Below are positions 1 to 11,744 of a stretch of 64,000 bases of DNA, in pieces (positions within the stretch are counted from its first letter, which is position 1; the number at the start of each line of letters is the position of its first letter). The stretch comes from Naegleria gruberi (taxonomy: Eukaryota): assembly GCA_000004985.1 (NCBI GenBank), contig GG738851.1; one strand, 5' to 3'. The position numbers were made by a program, and so were the translations under genes. The notes beneath the pieces are model-generated. The model was given only the letters and a program-made list of their open reading frames with translations. It was not told the origin of the DNA and did not search any database.

Positions 1-144
1 CCATTCAGTACTTTGGGTAGTCAAGGAACACCTTCATTCTTACAAGGAAATACTCAACCATCCTTTGGATCAAATAATAATAATAATAATGGTAATTCGT
101 TTGGTTCATTTGGCTCATTTGGGGCTTTTGGAAGAACTAATTAA
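1..144 (+). CDS. 3' end of an FG-repeat protein (nucleoporin-like), partial; TAA stop at 142-144
   Basis: Open frame from position 1 reads PFSTLGSQGTPSFLQGNTQPSFGSNNNNNNGNSFGSFGSFGAFGRTN*. It shows FG/SFG repeats and a poly-N tract. The upstream part lies outside the window. Confidence 0.4.
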   Translation, partial: PFSTLGSQGTPSFLQGNTQPSFGSNNNNNNGNSFGSFGSFGAFGRTN

Positions 145-564
145 TTCTTCTAATTTTAATAAAGAGACTATTAAAGTTCAATTTCTTAGTCAGAGCCCTC
201 TGAACAATGTTGTATTTTTGGCGCTCAAATTTCACACAAATTCACCTCAAAGAATCTGTCATACAACACTGAAGATTTTAATGACCCATATCAAATAAAG
301 AATAATTTAACATTCAACAATTACAATAACTCTTTAATAATTAGAAAGTGTAGTTGTATTAAACGAAATTGTGACAATAATTTAGCCACCCACCACCATT
401 ATTCAATCAAATCTATTTTTCATTTCGACGCAAATTTACCTTTGTATAGTCAGACAAATTCTACTGTTTAATCCAGAGTAGTAGTATTAATAATATCTGC
501 TGAATCTATGAGCACGTTAATAACAAAGCAGAGACATTCTCAATTTAAATCAGATTAAAAAAAA

Positions 565-1966
565 ATGCACTCCCCATCTATAACGGCACAACCCTCACCA
601 ATCGTGTCTGCAACCCATCATACAACTTCAAACAATTCTGAAGGATTTAGTTTACTCTCCCGCCAAAGTGAACTCCATACAACACAACATCAACCAACAT
701 CAACACACACACCAATAATGAGAATGACAACAACCACATCATTTCCAACCTCAAATAGCATGATATTTGGTTCAACAACGACGACGAGTAACTCATCTAT
801 CTTTTTACAAACTAGTTCAAATGTACCATACAACAACAATCAACAACAGCAACAACCAATGATTACATTCAATAATAGACAGGATATGATGGCTATATCT
901 TCATCTCCTTTATCCAATCCTCCAACAAATCCTTTCGCATCACCTTCTTCCAATAATCAATCTTCCTCCACAGCATCTTCATCCTCCATACAACCTTTGA
1001 CAAATGTTCAACAAGTCAACCAAAACATGTACAATAATGATCAAACACCTTCATTCATAACAAGTACAGTTCCAATGTCAACTGTCATGCAACCAAGCAA
1101 TAATACAACATCGAGTTCAACATCCTTAACCCCTGCAAATAATGATCCTAACAATACAAATAGCTCACTAAGATTCGTTACTGTTACAAATGCTGCAGGA
1201 CGATATGAAGGTGAGGTTAATGTTAAAAACGAGCGTCATGGTAAAGGAACAATGTATTTTGCTGGAGGAGGATTTTATAAAGGATATTGGGTGAATGATA
1301 AAATGGAAGGAAAAGGTGAATATTCTTGGGGAGATGGTAATCATTATTTAGGCATGTTCAGAGATGGCAAACAAGTAAGTATTTTTGAAAATTTTGTATT
1401 CTAAAATTGTTTAGAATGGTGTTGGTGTCTATGAATGGCCTTCTGGAGGAAAATATATTGGTCATTGGAAAGATGACAAAATGCATGGATTCGGTACATA
1501 CAAAAGAGATGATGGAATTGTATATTTTGGTTTGTGGGAAGATGACCATCAGAGTGGAATGGGACTTAAAGTTGTTCCAGCTCGTTTTTGTCATGGAGAA
1601 TCACAGAAGAGTTTTGCAAGAAGAAAATTTAGAGAAATTTGGAAAGATAAAACTTTAATCTATCAGAAAGAAATAATTGAAATGCCAAACGTTTTAGCAT
1701 TACAGGAGAAAAATCGTCTTACAGATATTTCAATAGTCTGTCAATCTGACGACGACCAAGAACCTTGCTATCAGGATCCAATAGCCTTACAAAGATTTTT
1801 AAGATCAAGCAGTTCTAATTTAACCTTAGATTTTGCAAAGTATTTTACTATCTCTCAAAATTCAGATGAAGAAAGTGAACCAAACAGAAGGAAACACTAT
1901 CTTGAACATGATGATCAATCACCATCTGATTCCAAATTAACTAAATACACTCATGATAGGGAGTAA
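565..1966 (+). CDS. MORN-repeat protein, 2 exons: join(565..1374,1415..1966); intron 1375..1414 begins with GTAAGT and ends with TAG
   Basis: ORFs 565..1404 and 1481..1966 join in phase 0 through a 40-nt GTAAGT..AG intron. Tandem MORN motifs are YEGEVNVKNERHGKGTMYF, YKGYWVNDKMEGKGEYSW, YLGMFRDGKQ|NGVGVYEW and YIGHWKDDKMHGFGTY. The N-terminus is S/T/N-rich. Confidence 0.75.
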
Positions 1967-2053
1967 AACCCATTGCGTTAAAACACGAGATGGATTGGAT
2001 TGTTGTTAGTTATGAATCAGGGCGGTGCATCATTTTTAATAAATTAAGATAGT

Positions 2054-3217
2054 TTATTTCTTTTTCTTTGAGCTAGTGGATGCATCAGCAGCTTTTCTCT
2101 TTTTATCAGTTGCACTTTTTTTATCATCTTTCTTTGCAGGTGCTTTCTTTTTTGTGGTTGAGGATGAAGCAACTGGAGTAAAGAAACCATCAAGACGGGT
2201 TTGAGTTGGTTTACCTCTTGATGATTTGATTCTCTTAATATAACCTCTCACTCTTTCTTCATCAAATTGTTTTTCTTTCACTAAAAATTCTATTAATCCT
2301 TCTTCATCTGGTTCAGTCCATTTCATTGTGTCTACAAGTTCACTACTTGGAGTAACATCAGGATTCTTGAAAATGTTTCTAACTTCTTCGTATGGGAATT
2401 CACTTGGAGCTTGGTAATGTTTTCCTTCAATATTCTTCAATAAATTTTCAATATTTCCATATTTCTTAATCATGGCAAGAGCTTTCTTTGGTCCAATACC
2501 CTTAATTGAGTCAGTATAATCACATCCACATAAAATACAAATATCAATAAATTGATCAACTGTCACACCTAATCCTTCTATCACTTGTTTAAAGGTAAAT
2601 TCTTGAATTGGTTGTTTTCTTGCTTCAGAGAAAGTTAAATGTCTTGCCAAGACAGGAGTGGCATAAGTCAAAGCATCCATATCTTCAGTTGCAGTGGCAT
2701 ATACAAGACCACCTTTACAAAGTTCAGCACATTGAGCTTCAGCTTCACCTGGTGCTTCAACAACTGGAACACCCATCAATCTGAGCAATTTCTTTCCGTC
2801 ATTACTTTGTTCCTTAGTCATTCTAGTTGTTCTCTTATTCCACATGACCATCTTTTCTTCATCTCCTTCTTCTTGAGCAAGTGCAAATTGTTCCATAGCT
2901 TCTTTTTGTCTTTCTTTTCTCTTTTCCAATTCTCCTGATTTCAATTGTGGTGGTTTACCATCAAAAACATAACATGGTTTAATTCCGTATTCCAACATTT
3001 TGGTGGTTCTGGCAAGTAAACCTTGCAAGTGATTTGTAACTTCTCCATCTTTGTCTGTCAAATCCATACCAGTATTTTTCAAAGCAATCAAGAATTGATA
3101 CATGGCCATAGAAGCATCAATAGCAACTTTTCTACCAAAATAATTTTTCAATTGATCCTCTTTTACCGAATCTTTAGCTTCATCCAAGATGAGTTGCGAT
3201 AATCCTTTAATACCCAT
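2054..3217 (-). CDS. fen1: Flap endonuclease 1 (FEN-1)
   Basis: Starts MGIKGLSQLI...KVAIDASMAMYQFL, an XPG-N motif. The XPG-I region reads GVPVVEAPGEAEAQCAEL. The C-terminal PIP box is QTRLDGFF, followed by a K-rich tail. I take the start at the MGIKGL Met (3217), not the upstream ORF-track start at 3247. Confidence 0.9.
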   Translation of the reverse strand: MGIKGLSQLILDEAKDSVKEDQLKNYFGRKVAIDASMAMYQFLIALKNTGMDLTDKDGEVTNHLQGLLARTTKMLEYGIKPCYVFDGKPPQLKSGELEKRKERQKEAMEQFALAQEEGDEEKMVMWNKRTTRMTKEQSNDGKKLLRLMGVPVVEAPGEAEAQCAELCKGGLVYATATEDMDALTYATPVLARHLTFSEARKQPIQEFTFKQVIEGLGVTVDQFIDICILCGCDYTDSIKGIGPKKALAMIKKYGNIENLLKNIEGKHYQAPSEFPYEEVRNIFKNPDVTPSSELVDTMKWTEPDEEGLIEFLVKEKQFDEERVRGYIKRIKSSRGKPTQTRLDGFFTPVASSSTTKKKAPAKKDDKKSATDKKRKAADASTSSKKKK

Positions 3218-3548
3218 TTCTATATTATTTACAAAATAACCTAGCACTACTATTTAGATTTCTATATAATTTTAATTTTAACAACTTCTGATGATTTCTA
3301 TGCACGATTAGGTGATAGAATGATGTTGATTTTTTTTTTAAAGTAATTTTTTAAAATAACGTTCCTCATAAAAGTGGACGGCGGGAAAGTTCTCTTCCAG
3401 CCTCTTTGTTTTAGCTTGCAAGTTTCACTACAGAGGTTGAAGTTTCGAACATAAATGATCACAGTTTAATATTTTGTTATTGATTGAATAATAATATCAT
3501 GACCATTATATTACATTATAAATTAATATAATTATTTAAAATAAAAAA

Positions 3549-4982
3549 ATGAACAACCTAATCAAATCATCGACATCAGTAAAACAATTTTTGAAAAGGG
3601 CAACAAACTTGCATAGTAAGAGAAAACAATGTATAAGCTCATTGGTAAATAATCAAACAAGATCATTCGGACGTAAAAAGGAAATTGATGATAGTGAAGT
3701 TATTTTAATCGTTCCGAACCAAGGAACACACATCATGGGATGGGGAAGTAATGATGAAGGACAATTAGGATTAAATTCATTTTCAGTTAAAGTATCTACA
3801 CCAATGTTTATTAATTCCTATTGGTTTAACGATAAGGATATTAAAAAGATCAGTGTAGCTTCATCAGGACAACATGTTTTAGCTTTAACAGAAGATGGAT
3901 ATGTTTACACTTGGGGAAGAGGAGCAGAACATCAACTTGGAGTTGAAAATAATTTCAGTCAAGCTGCTCCACAACTTGTTGATCCAAAATATTTCAATAA
4001 TAGAAAAGTTGTTGATATACAATGTGGTACTTACCATAGTTGTGTTATTGATGATGAAGGTAGATTATATACTTGGGGTTTCAATGGAAGTATTTTCAAT
4101 CAATCAGCTTTAGGTCATGGAAAGAATTCTTGGTTAACAGATTTGTCAAAACCAAAACAAGTTGAAGCTCTTAAAGGTGAATTTGTGAAACAAGTAGCAG
4201 CTGGTCAATATCACACTGGTGTTATTTGTGGTGAACAAGGTAATTCTGAATCAAATCAAGTTTTCGTTTGGGGTAAAGGAGATTGGGGACGTCTTGGACT
4301 CGGCAATTCAAATTCAAAACCTTTACCAACTCCATTGGAAATGTATGAAGAAGATGAAAATGGTACAAGAAAGACTCGTTTTGAAACTATTAGAATGGGT
4401 ACAAACTATTCCGCATTGATCGATTCACATGGTAAATTATACATGTTTGGTAGAAATGATGGCCAACAATTGGGTATTGAAACGCCAGGTAACTATGTCA
4501 GTGGTGGTCAATTCGATGGTGAATCAACTCCAAAATTACTTTCACAATTTTCTGATAGAGATATTAAGGTTAAAGATGTTGCTTTGGGTGAATCAATTAC
4601 TGCTTGTGTTACTGTTGATGGTCGTGGTTTCGTTTGGGGTAAGAATATTCACCTTCCTCATGAAGTCAATTTCGGTAAGGGTGCCAGAGTTATTGAATGT
4701 GCTGCTGGTAAGAATCATGTTTCATTCGTACCAAGAAATAGACAAGCTATTTTCATGATGGGTGGTAATTGGAGTCATCAATTGGGTGTTAAAGGTAATT
4801 TCGGTCACCAAGAAGTGATTAAATTGACTCGTCATTTAGTTCCTGGCAAGAAATTACAAATGGCTTGTGGTAGCAATTTCACTTTGGCATTATCTAATTT
4901 GGAATATCAATTCGATGGTGAAGATGATGACTTTACTGATGCTGCCTTGATAGACAATGCTGGTAACAGTGTTGAATTGTAA
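3549..4982 (+). CDS. RCC1-repeat (beta-propeller) protein with a basic N-terminal presequence; possibly an RCC1L/WBSCR16-like mitochondrial protein
   Basis: Repeated RCC1 signatures are GWGSNDEGQLGL, YTWGRGAEHQLGV, YTWGFNGS..ALGHG, FVWGKGDWGRLGLG, YMFGRNDGQQLGI and FVWGKN. The N-terminus is rich in K/R/S/T. The ORF is single and uninterrupted. Confidence 0.8.
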   Translation: MNNLIKSSTSVKQFLKRATNLHSKRKQCISSLVNNQTRSFGRKKEIDDSEVILIVPNQGTHIMGWGSNDEGQLGLNSFSVKVSTPMFINSYWFNDKDIKKISVASSGQHVLALTEDGYVYTWGRGAEHQLGVENNFSQAAPQLVDPKYFNNRKVVDIQCGTYHSCVIDDEGRLYTWGFNGSIFNQSALGHGKNSWLTDLSKPKQVEALKGEFVKQVAAGQYHTGVICGEQGNSESNQVFVWGKGDWGRLGLGNSNSKPLPTPLEMYEEDENGTRKTRFETIRMGTNYSALIDSHGKLYMFGRNDGQQLGIETPGNYVSGGQFDGESTPKLLSQFSDRDIKVKDVALGESITACVTVDGRGFVWGKNIHLPHEVNFGKGARVIECAAGKNHVSFVPRNRQAIFMMGGNWSHQLGVKGNFGHQEVIKLTRHLVPGKKLQMACGSNFTLALSNLEYQFDGEDDDFTDAALIDNAGNSVEL

Positions 4983-4998
4983 ACAAATAAATAATTTA

Positions 4999-7128
4999 CT
5001 ATAAATAGTTATCGATTGGTATAGTTGTGAAAGGAATTTGAATTTGAACATTATTGGCCTTGTTGGGGGATAGTCTAGTTTTTTCAGCCAACAATGAAGA
5101 GTTATTACTGGAAATTGTTGAGAAAGTTTGACTCCTAGGACTGTAAGGTATAAAATTGGTGGCCACTTTGAAGTTTTGGGGAGAAAATGTTCCTGCAGAC
5201 ATTCTAGCTGAAAGTGAAGATCTAGCAGAATCAAGAGGATCATATGGGTCAATGTTATTCGAGTTCAAGTGACTCAAATCAATGTTGATATTTCCTAAGG
5301 TTCCCTTAGGTACTGAAGTAGACTTGGCAACTACTACAACTGGTTGATCATCGTTTTCTGAATCAGTGTAATCATCAACATCAAAATAGGAATACTCTGA
5401 TGCTCTACTAAGAATTTCCTCTCTCACATAGGTTCTTCCAGATCTTATGTCTGTAAAAACAGGTCTAGAAGGTTGGGCAGTTCCATATTTTGTTTGGGAT
5501 CTTTGAAGCTTTTCTAATTCTCTCAGCTTTTGACGAGCAATCCTTCTATGCTCTCTAGCGACTCTTTCTTCCTCTTCTCTCTTTTGTTTCTCCAAGTCAC
5601 CCATGTATTTGTCAACCTTAACCTTCAAAACCTTTGTTTGAGCCTTTTCGTATTCAGCTTGTTTTACGTTCTCCAATTGTCTCTGAGTAATTTCTTTCTT
5701 CTTTCTATTGATGTGTCTCATTTCATCAATTTCGTACAGAGTAAGTGCTCCAGTTTGTATCTTGGCACTTATTTCTCTATTTCTCTTCTCGGTTACCTTG
5801 TTATATTTATCCTGTACAATTTTGTCTTGTTGTTTTTGTTTGTATTTTGTTAATAATTGCTTTGCTAACATGTTATTATAGGTCACAAACTCCTTAGATT
5901 GTTCTTCCACTATCTTGGTTTTTTCTTTCGATTCACTGTTCTCTTTTCTTCTCTTACTGACTTTAGCAGCGTTAATAAGATCTTGTTCTTCATTTCTGAT
6001 TTTTATCAATTCTTTTGATTGCATTACTTCTTTTCTAATGTTATCATTTTGCAGCTCTTTCTTCTCTTTCCATTTTAAAACTCTTAATTGAGAAGAAGCA
6101 AGTTCTTTTCGAAGTTTTTCAGCTGCAAGTTTGTTTTTCTCTTCAATTTCTTTTTCTGTGACAAATTTGAGCAAGCTTAATCTTGCTTTTTCTCTACTGT
6201 ACAATTCTCTTACTGGTATGTTTGGGTTATATAAATAAGTATTCGTATTTACAGAAACATTATTGCTTGATTTTGTGGTTGTGAATTCTGAGACTTTGGA
6301 ATCCGATCTAATGAGCTTGTTGAGTGTTTTAGTGACAACATCAGGAGTTTTTGTTGCTAGTGATGATCTGCTATCTTTGTTAATTTCATCAATTGCATCC
6401 ACAAGTGAGTGTGTAAGCTCACTTACTTCAGGTAGTAGAAGAGGTCCATCAGTGGTTCCAATTGAAGATGAATTCTGGTCAGAAATCACACTTTCTTCCT
6501 CATAATAGTCCTCATCCTCTCCAAAACGAACTCTATTTGGTGATAATCTGGCAAATTTACTGGATAGTGACGGAATTTCAAAACTTTTGGTTGGTGTTGG
6601 AGTAAAAACAGGTGTTTGAGCTAGTGGAGTGCCTGACCTAGATGAGCCTCCTCCACTTTCCAAGTCCGAAAATAAATTATTGATATTAAGAGAGGCTGTT
6701 TGTCTTGGAGGAATTTTGGCCAAGTATTGTTGCTCAACTTGAAAACGTTGCACTGTTGGCCTTACATTCCTTTGTTCTGTTGGAAAAGATGTTGTATCAA
6801 AGTTGATGAGGGAGAGAGGAGAAATTGTTTGCGTGGTTGTTGGTTTTTTAATGACGTGGTGTAACCTAGGGGAGCTTTCGGATCTTTGTGGTTTGGTTCT
6901 TTGTGGTTGGGAAGGTGTTTTTGAGGGAATGGATTGTGATCTTGTTTGTGATCGGGTACTTCTTGATTCAGTCCTAGAAAATGTTGTTCTTGTTGTTGGA
7001 ACTGTAGGAACATCGTTTGATGCTGCTGTTATTGATGCGATAGAAGCTTTCTGTTCTGATAAACGTTTCAGAACAAGTCTATCCTCGAAGGGTAAAGGAC
7101 TTGAGTGATTTATTCGAAGAAAAGACAT
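4999..7128 (-). CDS. Hypothetical S/T/P-rich protein with a long K/E-rich coiled-coil centre
   Basis: A 739-aa ORF runs 4999..7218. I chose the internal ATG at 7128 (MSFLRINHSSPLPFEDRLVLKRL) as the likely start. The central region from LKWKEKKELQNDNIRKEV to KQKREEEERVAREHRRIARQKLRELEKL shows heptad-like periodicity. Codon usage is consistent with the neighbouring genes. Confidence 0.55.
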   Translation of the reverse strand: MSFLRINHSSPLPFEDRLVLKRLSEQKASIASITAASNDVPTVPTTRTTFSRTESRSTRSQTRSQSIPSKTPSQPQRTKPQRSESSPRLHHVIKKPTTTQTISPLSLINFDTTSFPTEQRNVRPTVQRFQVEQQYLAKIPPRQTASLNINNLFSDLESGGGSSRSGTPLAQTPVFTPTPTKSFEIPSLSSKFARLSPNRVRFGEDEDYYEEESVISDQNSSSIGTTDGPLLLPEVSELTHSLVDAIDEINKDSRSSLATKTPDVVTKTLNKLIRSDSKVSEFTTTKSSNNVSVNTNTYLYNPNIPVRELYSREKARLSLLKFVTEKEIEEKNKLAAEKLRKELASSQLRVLKWKEKKELQNDNIRKEVMQSKELIKIRNEEQDLINAAKVSKRRKENSESKEKTKIVEEQSKEFVTYNNMLAKQLLTKYKQKQQDKIVQDKYNKVTEKRNREISAKIQTGALTLYEIDEMRHINRKKKEITQRQLENVKQAEYEKAQTKVLKVKVDKYMGDLEKQKREEEERVAREHRRIARQKLRELEKLQRSQTKYGTAQPSRPVFTDIRSGRTYVREEILSRASEYSYFDVDDYTDSENDDQPVVVVAKSTSVPKGTLGNINIDLSHLNSNNIDPYDPLDSARSSLSARMSAGTFSPQNFKVATNFIPYSPRSQTFSTISSNNSSLLAEKTRLSPNKANNVQIQIPFTTIPIDNYL

Positions 7129-7242
7129 GTTGTTGATGTTTGCATTTTTTTTAATTTGAAATTTACAGTTCCAAACAGATCCAACAACTTGTATTAAGGA
7201 AATGTCACTCCTTGTCATTATTAGTATTGATACAGAGTTTAT

Positions 7243-8192
7243 TTAAAAGTATGAAATCAAAAAGATTAAACCAGCAGCAGCACACACCACAATAATGATG
7301 GCAATGCAAATTATACACATAATCTTGTTGGATCCACCAACCTTGTCGAGAGCGTTATCAACTCTTTCATTAAGATTCTTCAATCTTTCAATTTCCTTAT
7401 CGACCTTATCTTCAATATTCTTCAAAAGCATATTTTGTTCGGTGAGTTCAGATCCTATGTTAATAGACATTTGGTGCAAGTCATCGAGTTTCTTGCTGAA
7501 TACATCCAAGCCTTGATCAATTTGTTTTTGAATATCTTGGACTTTCAACATGGCTGTTGAAATATCAATTTGTGGTAAATTTGAACGAGTGGCATCATCA
7601 GGAAGGTCTTGTTCCAAAACTACTCCAGCTAACCCACCATTTTCCTTATTTTCATTATCTAACTCATCAGCTCCTTCAAGTAAATGCGATGTTGTAGAGT
7701 CATCCTTTTTGTTCTTTGCGTCTCTTTCATATTTTCTCTTTGATAACATTTCAAGTTCAAGAATGTGTTTTTTAACCAATTCAATATCATTCTTTTGAGC
7801 ACTAATCAAAACTGGATCCACTTTTTTGAACATCTTCTTCTTTGCGTTCTTATCATGAATTTTAACAAGCTTATTAAGATCATCATTCTTGATAGCAGAA
7901 ATCATCTTTCTAACGTCATTACTTAATCTTGATTTCACGGTAACACCTCCTTTAGAACTGTCTCTTTGTTTAATTTTCTTGATGGATAGAGTTTCATCCC
8001 GTTTAATAAATTCTAACTGCTTACCTCTCTTGTGGCCATAATCTTCTTGGCAATTAAATATTTACAAGCATCAAATGCAGAAAGACCCTCCGTATCATTC
8101 TCTCCACCATCAATTTTTTGTCCTGATGTTTCTTCATATACTCTTACCAATCGATGGATGCAATCTTGCATCACTCCACGTGAGACCATCAT
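7243..8192 (-). CDS. Q-SNARE (syntaxin-6/8-like t-SNARE) with a C-terminal TM anchor. Probably 2 exons: the main exon 7243..about 8028 and a short first exon about 8148..8192 (MMVSRGVMQDCIHRL), joined by a GTAAGA..AG intron
   Basis: The SNARE heptad with central Q is ELTEQNMLLKNIEDKVDKEIERLKNLNERVDNALDK. A hydrophobic tail IMCIICIAIIIVVCAAAGLIFLISYF follows. The ORF-track start at 7938 is a GTG, and the frame stays open upstream to about 8040 without an ATG. An ATG-led mini-exon with a GTAAGA donor lies at about 8148-8192 in a compatible phase. The exact splice site is uncertain. Confidence 0.5.
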
Positions 8193-8423
8193 CTTGATAT
8201 ATTTTTAAGGTTTTTTTTGAGGGAATATTTTTTATCTGTTGAGGTAAGGATACGGCAAAGAGGTACAATTAGAAGGCTTTATCGTTTCTAATAGCTCTCG
8301 CCTAGGCTTCATATGGTGTTTTTTCTTCATTTTCTTTACAGCTAATTAATAAATTGACATCATTCTAACACATAATCAGATTGAATATTAAATTTAATTA
8401 TTAAAATTAATTCATCATAAAAA

Positions 8424-9226
8424 ATGTTCAAACAAATCATCAGCACAAAACATCAACATTTTTCATCTTTATCATTAACTAGTAATTTATTCCGATGCTA
8501 TGCGACACAAACCAAGAGTTCGGGACGATGGCTAGATAGACAGAGGAGAGACACTTTTGTTAAACAAGCAAAAGCACAAGGATATAGATCCCGAGCTGGT
8601 ATGTTTTCCATGTAATATTTTGATGATGGAATAAATTAAAGCCTTTAAATTATTGGAAATTGATGAGAAATGGGGAAAATTCTTGGAAAAATCAAAAGTA
8701 ATAATTGACCTTGGAGCTGCACCTGGAAGTTGGTCACAAGTGGCTGCCGAAAAGATGAAATCTGGAGGAAAATTAATAACAATTGATATTCTCGATATGG
8801 AACCTTTAAAGAGTCCACCCAATAAGAATTTACAAATTATTCAATTGAAAGGAAAATTTGAGGACAGTATTCCTCAATTGAGGAGTTATTTAAACGAGGG
8901 TGAATTTGCCGATTGTTTACTTTCTGATATGGCTCCAAATACGAGTGGAGTTAAATCTCTAGATCACAATAGAATTATATTTTTGTGTAATACTTCGATA
9001 GATTTTGCTTTTGAGGTGTTAAAACCAGGTGGTTGTATGTTAATGAAAGTATGTATTGAATTGATTTTGATTACAAATTTTCAAATAGATTTTTAGTGGA
9101 CCAGAGGATGCTACATTAAAAAATGATTTAAAACAATATTTTGAGAATGTCAATTTTGTGAAACCTGCATCATCCAGATCTGAATCAAGTGAAGTTTATG
9201 TATTAGCAGAGGGTTTTAAATTATAA
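8424..9226 (+). CDS. FtsJ/RrmJ-type rRNA 2'-O-methyltransferase (MRM2-like, probably mitochondrial), 3 exons: join(8424..8598,8642..9048,9089..9226)
   Basis: Exon 1 ends ...YRSRA|GTATGT. Exon 2 continues AFKLLEIDEKW...DLGAAPGSWSQV, the SAM-binding motif. Exon 2 ends ...CMLMK|GTATGT. Exon 3 is IFSGPEDATLK...VKPASSRSESSEVYVLAEGFKL*. The phases fit (1, 0). The N-terminus MFKQIISTKHQHFSSLSLTSNLFRCYATQTK looks like a mitochondrial presequence. Confidence 0.8.
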
Positions 9227-9263
9227 CGTTACGTATCATTTTTTAAATAAACTAATTTCAGAA

Positions 9264-10718
9264 CTATTCCCAACTATGATCTTTTTTTGATACTATATTT
9301 TTAAATTTTGTAATATCGTCGTTATTTTTACGCATTCCTGGATTGTTTTGGAGGAACGCAGTTTTGATTTTAGAATTTCCAATTAATTTTACACCATCAT
9401 AGCTAATTCCACAATTTCTTGCATTAAGCTCTTCTAAGGTCATTCTACTTAATATTTCGGCTCCTTTGTCTCCTATTGGATTGCCAACAATATTCAGGTT
9501 GATCAAATGGGGAGATTTTTGGAGAGATTCGATATCTCCAGAGCAATTACACCTCGAAACATTGAGAATTTCAATGCTATTCAGTTTACCGATAAATTCT
9601 ATTCCTTTATCACATATTGGTTTACCACTAAAATCTAAATGTCTCAAGTTGTGTAAATTAGTTAAATGCGCTATTCCTTGGTGATTAATTTCCATACCTT
9701 GATTGGCAATATCGACCTGTCTTTCGTTAAATCTTCTACCGGTTCCTCTCTCCACAGAAAGATAGGTCAAATTTCTTAGGGAAGATATTAAGAACAATCC
9801 CTCATTTCCAATATAATTATCACCCACATTGAGATGTACTAGTTTTGTTAATGAAGTTAGATGGGTTATACAATCATTTGTGATATTGCAATCTTGGAGA
9901 TTAAGATATTTCAAATTTGTAAGCAATGCAATAACTTTCATTCCATCTCCTCCAATATTATTTTTACTCAAATCCAGTTTAGTCAATTTGAATAATTGCA
10001 AAAATTTTAAATTTACACTACTAATGTTGCATTGACTTGCATTGAGATATGTTAAATTACTCAATGATCCCACAGATGTAATTATCATATTAATATTTTT
10101 AGAACATTGAATATTTAACTTGGTTAATTGGGAAAATGTAGAAATTGACTTTGCTTTTTCCCAATCATTGGATGAATCTGTTGAAATTTCCAATTCTGTT
10201 AACTTGGATAATACACTCAACTTTTCAAAGTATTCAGGGGGAAGTCTTGGATTTGGAAATCTTACTACAAAACTTTCCAAGTTTTTCAATTTACAAATAG
10301 TACCCACACGGATATCAGTAAATTGTGATTTTTCGTTAGGATTTTCTAATATCTCTAAATGCTTCAAATGATTCATTCGAGGGATCAATACAACTGTATT
10401 GAATCTAACTTTAAGACTCGTAATATTGTTCAAATAATAAATACTACCATAAGAGAGTGGCAACTCTCTAAGTAATGTCAACTCTTTCAATGCGGAGAGG
10501 TGACGCAATGCTTTTAATTCATCCACTGTTGGACATTGACTTAATTGAATGCCGAATGGCGCAATAATAAATGTACTTTGTTGACGAGCAGTCAATTGAT
10601 CACGTTTTTTCATTCTTTTAATAAAAGTAGGTAACATTCCCCTTCTAATTCTGAGTTTAACTTGGGCAGTTGTAAACCATTGTTTTGATACATAGATACA
10701 ATTTTTAAAAACGATCAT
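9264..10718 (-). CDS. RNI-like leucine-rich-repeat protein
   Basis: The long ORF carries about 24-28 aa LRRs with an LxxLxLxxNxIxxxG pattern, for example LTKLDLSKNNIGGDGMKVIALLTNLKYLNLQDCNI and LNVGDNYIGNEGLFLI. The ORF-track start at 10739 is a GTG. The first ATG is at about 10718. Confidence 0.6.
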   Translation of the reverse strand: MIVFKNCIYVSKQWFTTAQVKLRIRRGMLPTFIKRMKKRDQLTARQQSTFIIAPFGIQLSQCPTVDELKALRHLSALKELTLLRELPLSYGSIYYLNNITSLKVRFNTVVLIPRMNHLKHLEILENPNEKSQFTDIRVGTICKLKNLESFVVRFPNPRLPPEYFEKLSVLSKLTELEISTDSSNDWEKAKSISTFSQLTKLNIQCSKNINMIITSVGSLSNLTYLNASQCNISSVNLKFLQLFKLTKLDLSKNNIGGDGMKVIALLTNLKYLNLQDCNITNDCITHLTSLTKLVHLNVGDNYIGNEGLFLISSLRNLTYLSVERGTGRRFNERQVDIANQGMEINHQGIAHLTNLHNLRHLDFSGKPICDKGIEFIGKLNSIEILNVSRCNCSGDIESLQKSPHLINLNIVGNPIGDKGAEILSRMTLEELNARNCGISYDGVKLIGNSKIKTAFLQNNPGMRKNNDDITKFKNIVSKKDHSWE

Positions 10719-10944
10719 CAATAAAAACGACTTTGTCACTCCTGGGTTGACTTGGTGTTTTTTTAAATAGTGAACGTAGTTGTCTTAACATTTTTTTGAT
10801 TGTGATTTAATGAATATTAAACGATATAATCGGTAGCCTAATACCTAATTGATTAAAATCAATCTTCGTAGTAGTATCGATGTAAATTGTAAAAAACATA
10901 ATGATGAAATATAAAAATTATTTGATAAACACTTTTAATAAAAA

Positions 10945-11529
10945 ATGTTACCATCACAAACACATCTCAGGAGGAAAAGATTTCATGCGTGGGAATATTT
11001 AGAACATGATTTTCCATCGGATATTCTTGATTTTACAAATGAACAATTACCTAGTGGATTTGAATATTTAAAACAAGATAATTATTTCTTTTCGGAATTT
11101 GATATGGCTTTTCCGAGTGGAATTAGTGATGAAAGTTTACCTAATGATATACCAGACCAACTATTTGATGGAATTAATTTATGTGAGGAATTGTGGGAAA
11201 ACACTCTTCTTTGTCAACTAAAGAAAAAGTATGATAAATTTTGTCAAAAGGATATTGCTGCCTTTTTGAAATGTAAATTAAAGAGAGACCATCAGATTAG
11301 AATTAGAGCGATTGAATTTGAAACATTCAAAATGACACAAGAAAGTCAAAGTGAAATTTCTAAACGAAAGGAGCTAGTAGATAAAAAGATTACTCAAGTT
11401 GAAAATCAATTGGCAAATTCAATCAAGCCACCTTATAGAGATGTCTGCCAAGAACAATTACATTTAAATGATTTACAATTTTTAGAATTGAGAAAATATT
11501 ACATTGAAAAGTCTCTGAAATCAGATTAG
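10945..11529 (+). CDS. Hypothetical protein (194 aa)
   Basis: A clean ORF with codon usage like its neighbours and no recognisable domain. It is transcribed divergently from the LRR gene, across a 200-bp promoter gap. Confidence 0.45.
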   Translation: MLPSQTHLRRKRFHAWEYLEHDFPSDILDFTNEQLPSGFEYLKQDNYFFSEFDMAFPSGISDESLPNDIPDQLFDGINLCEELWENTLLCQLKKKYDKFCQKDIAAFLKCKLKRDHQIRIRAIEFETFKMTQESQSEISKRKELVDKKITQVENQLANSIKPPYRDVCQEQLHLNDLQFLELRKYYIEKSLKSD

Positions 11530-11744
11530 ATTCACCTTGTTTCCTCAATCAACATTTTGATTAAGCTTGGTAAAATAGGAATGTGGTATCGCGCAAGTAA
11601 TGATGAGATATTTAAATAATAAGAGATAATCGAGACTATAATAAAAATGATCTTTAGAACCATGTCACAATAGATAGCTAACCTCACAATAGATAAACTC
11701 TTCCAATTGGTCGTCTTGATGTGAGATCAGAAAGTCTTTGAAAA

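Noticed and set aside
65-298. 77-aa ORF at the window start
   Set aside because: It overlaps the FG-repeat gene's terminal codons in another frame and is AT-rich low-complexity. It is more likely 3' UTR.
7936-7938. ORF-track Met starts at 7938, 10739 and 60492
   Set aside because: These correspond to GTG or TTG codons. The track apparently allows alternative starts. The real starts were reassigned to ATG codons or to upstream exons.
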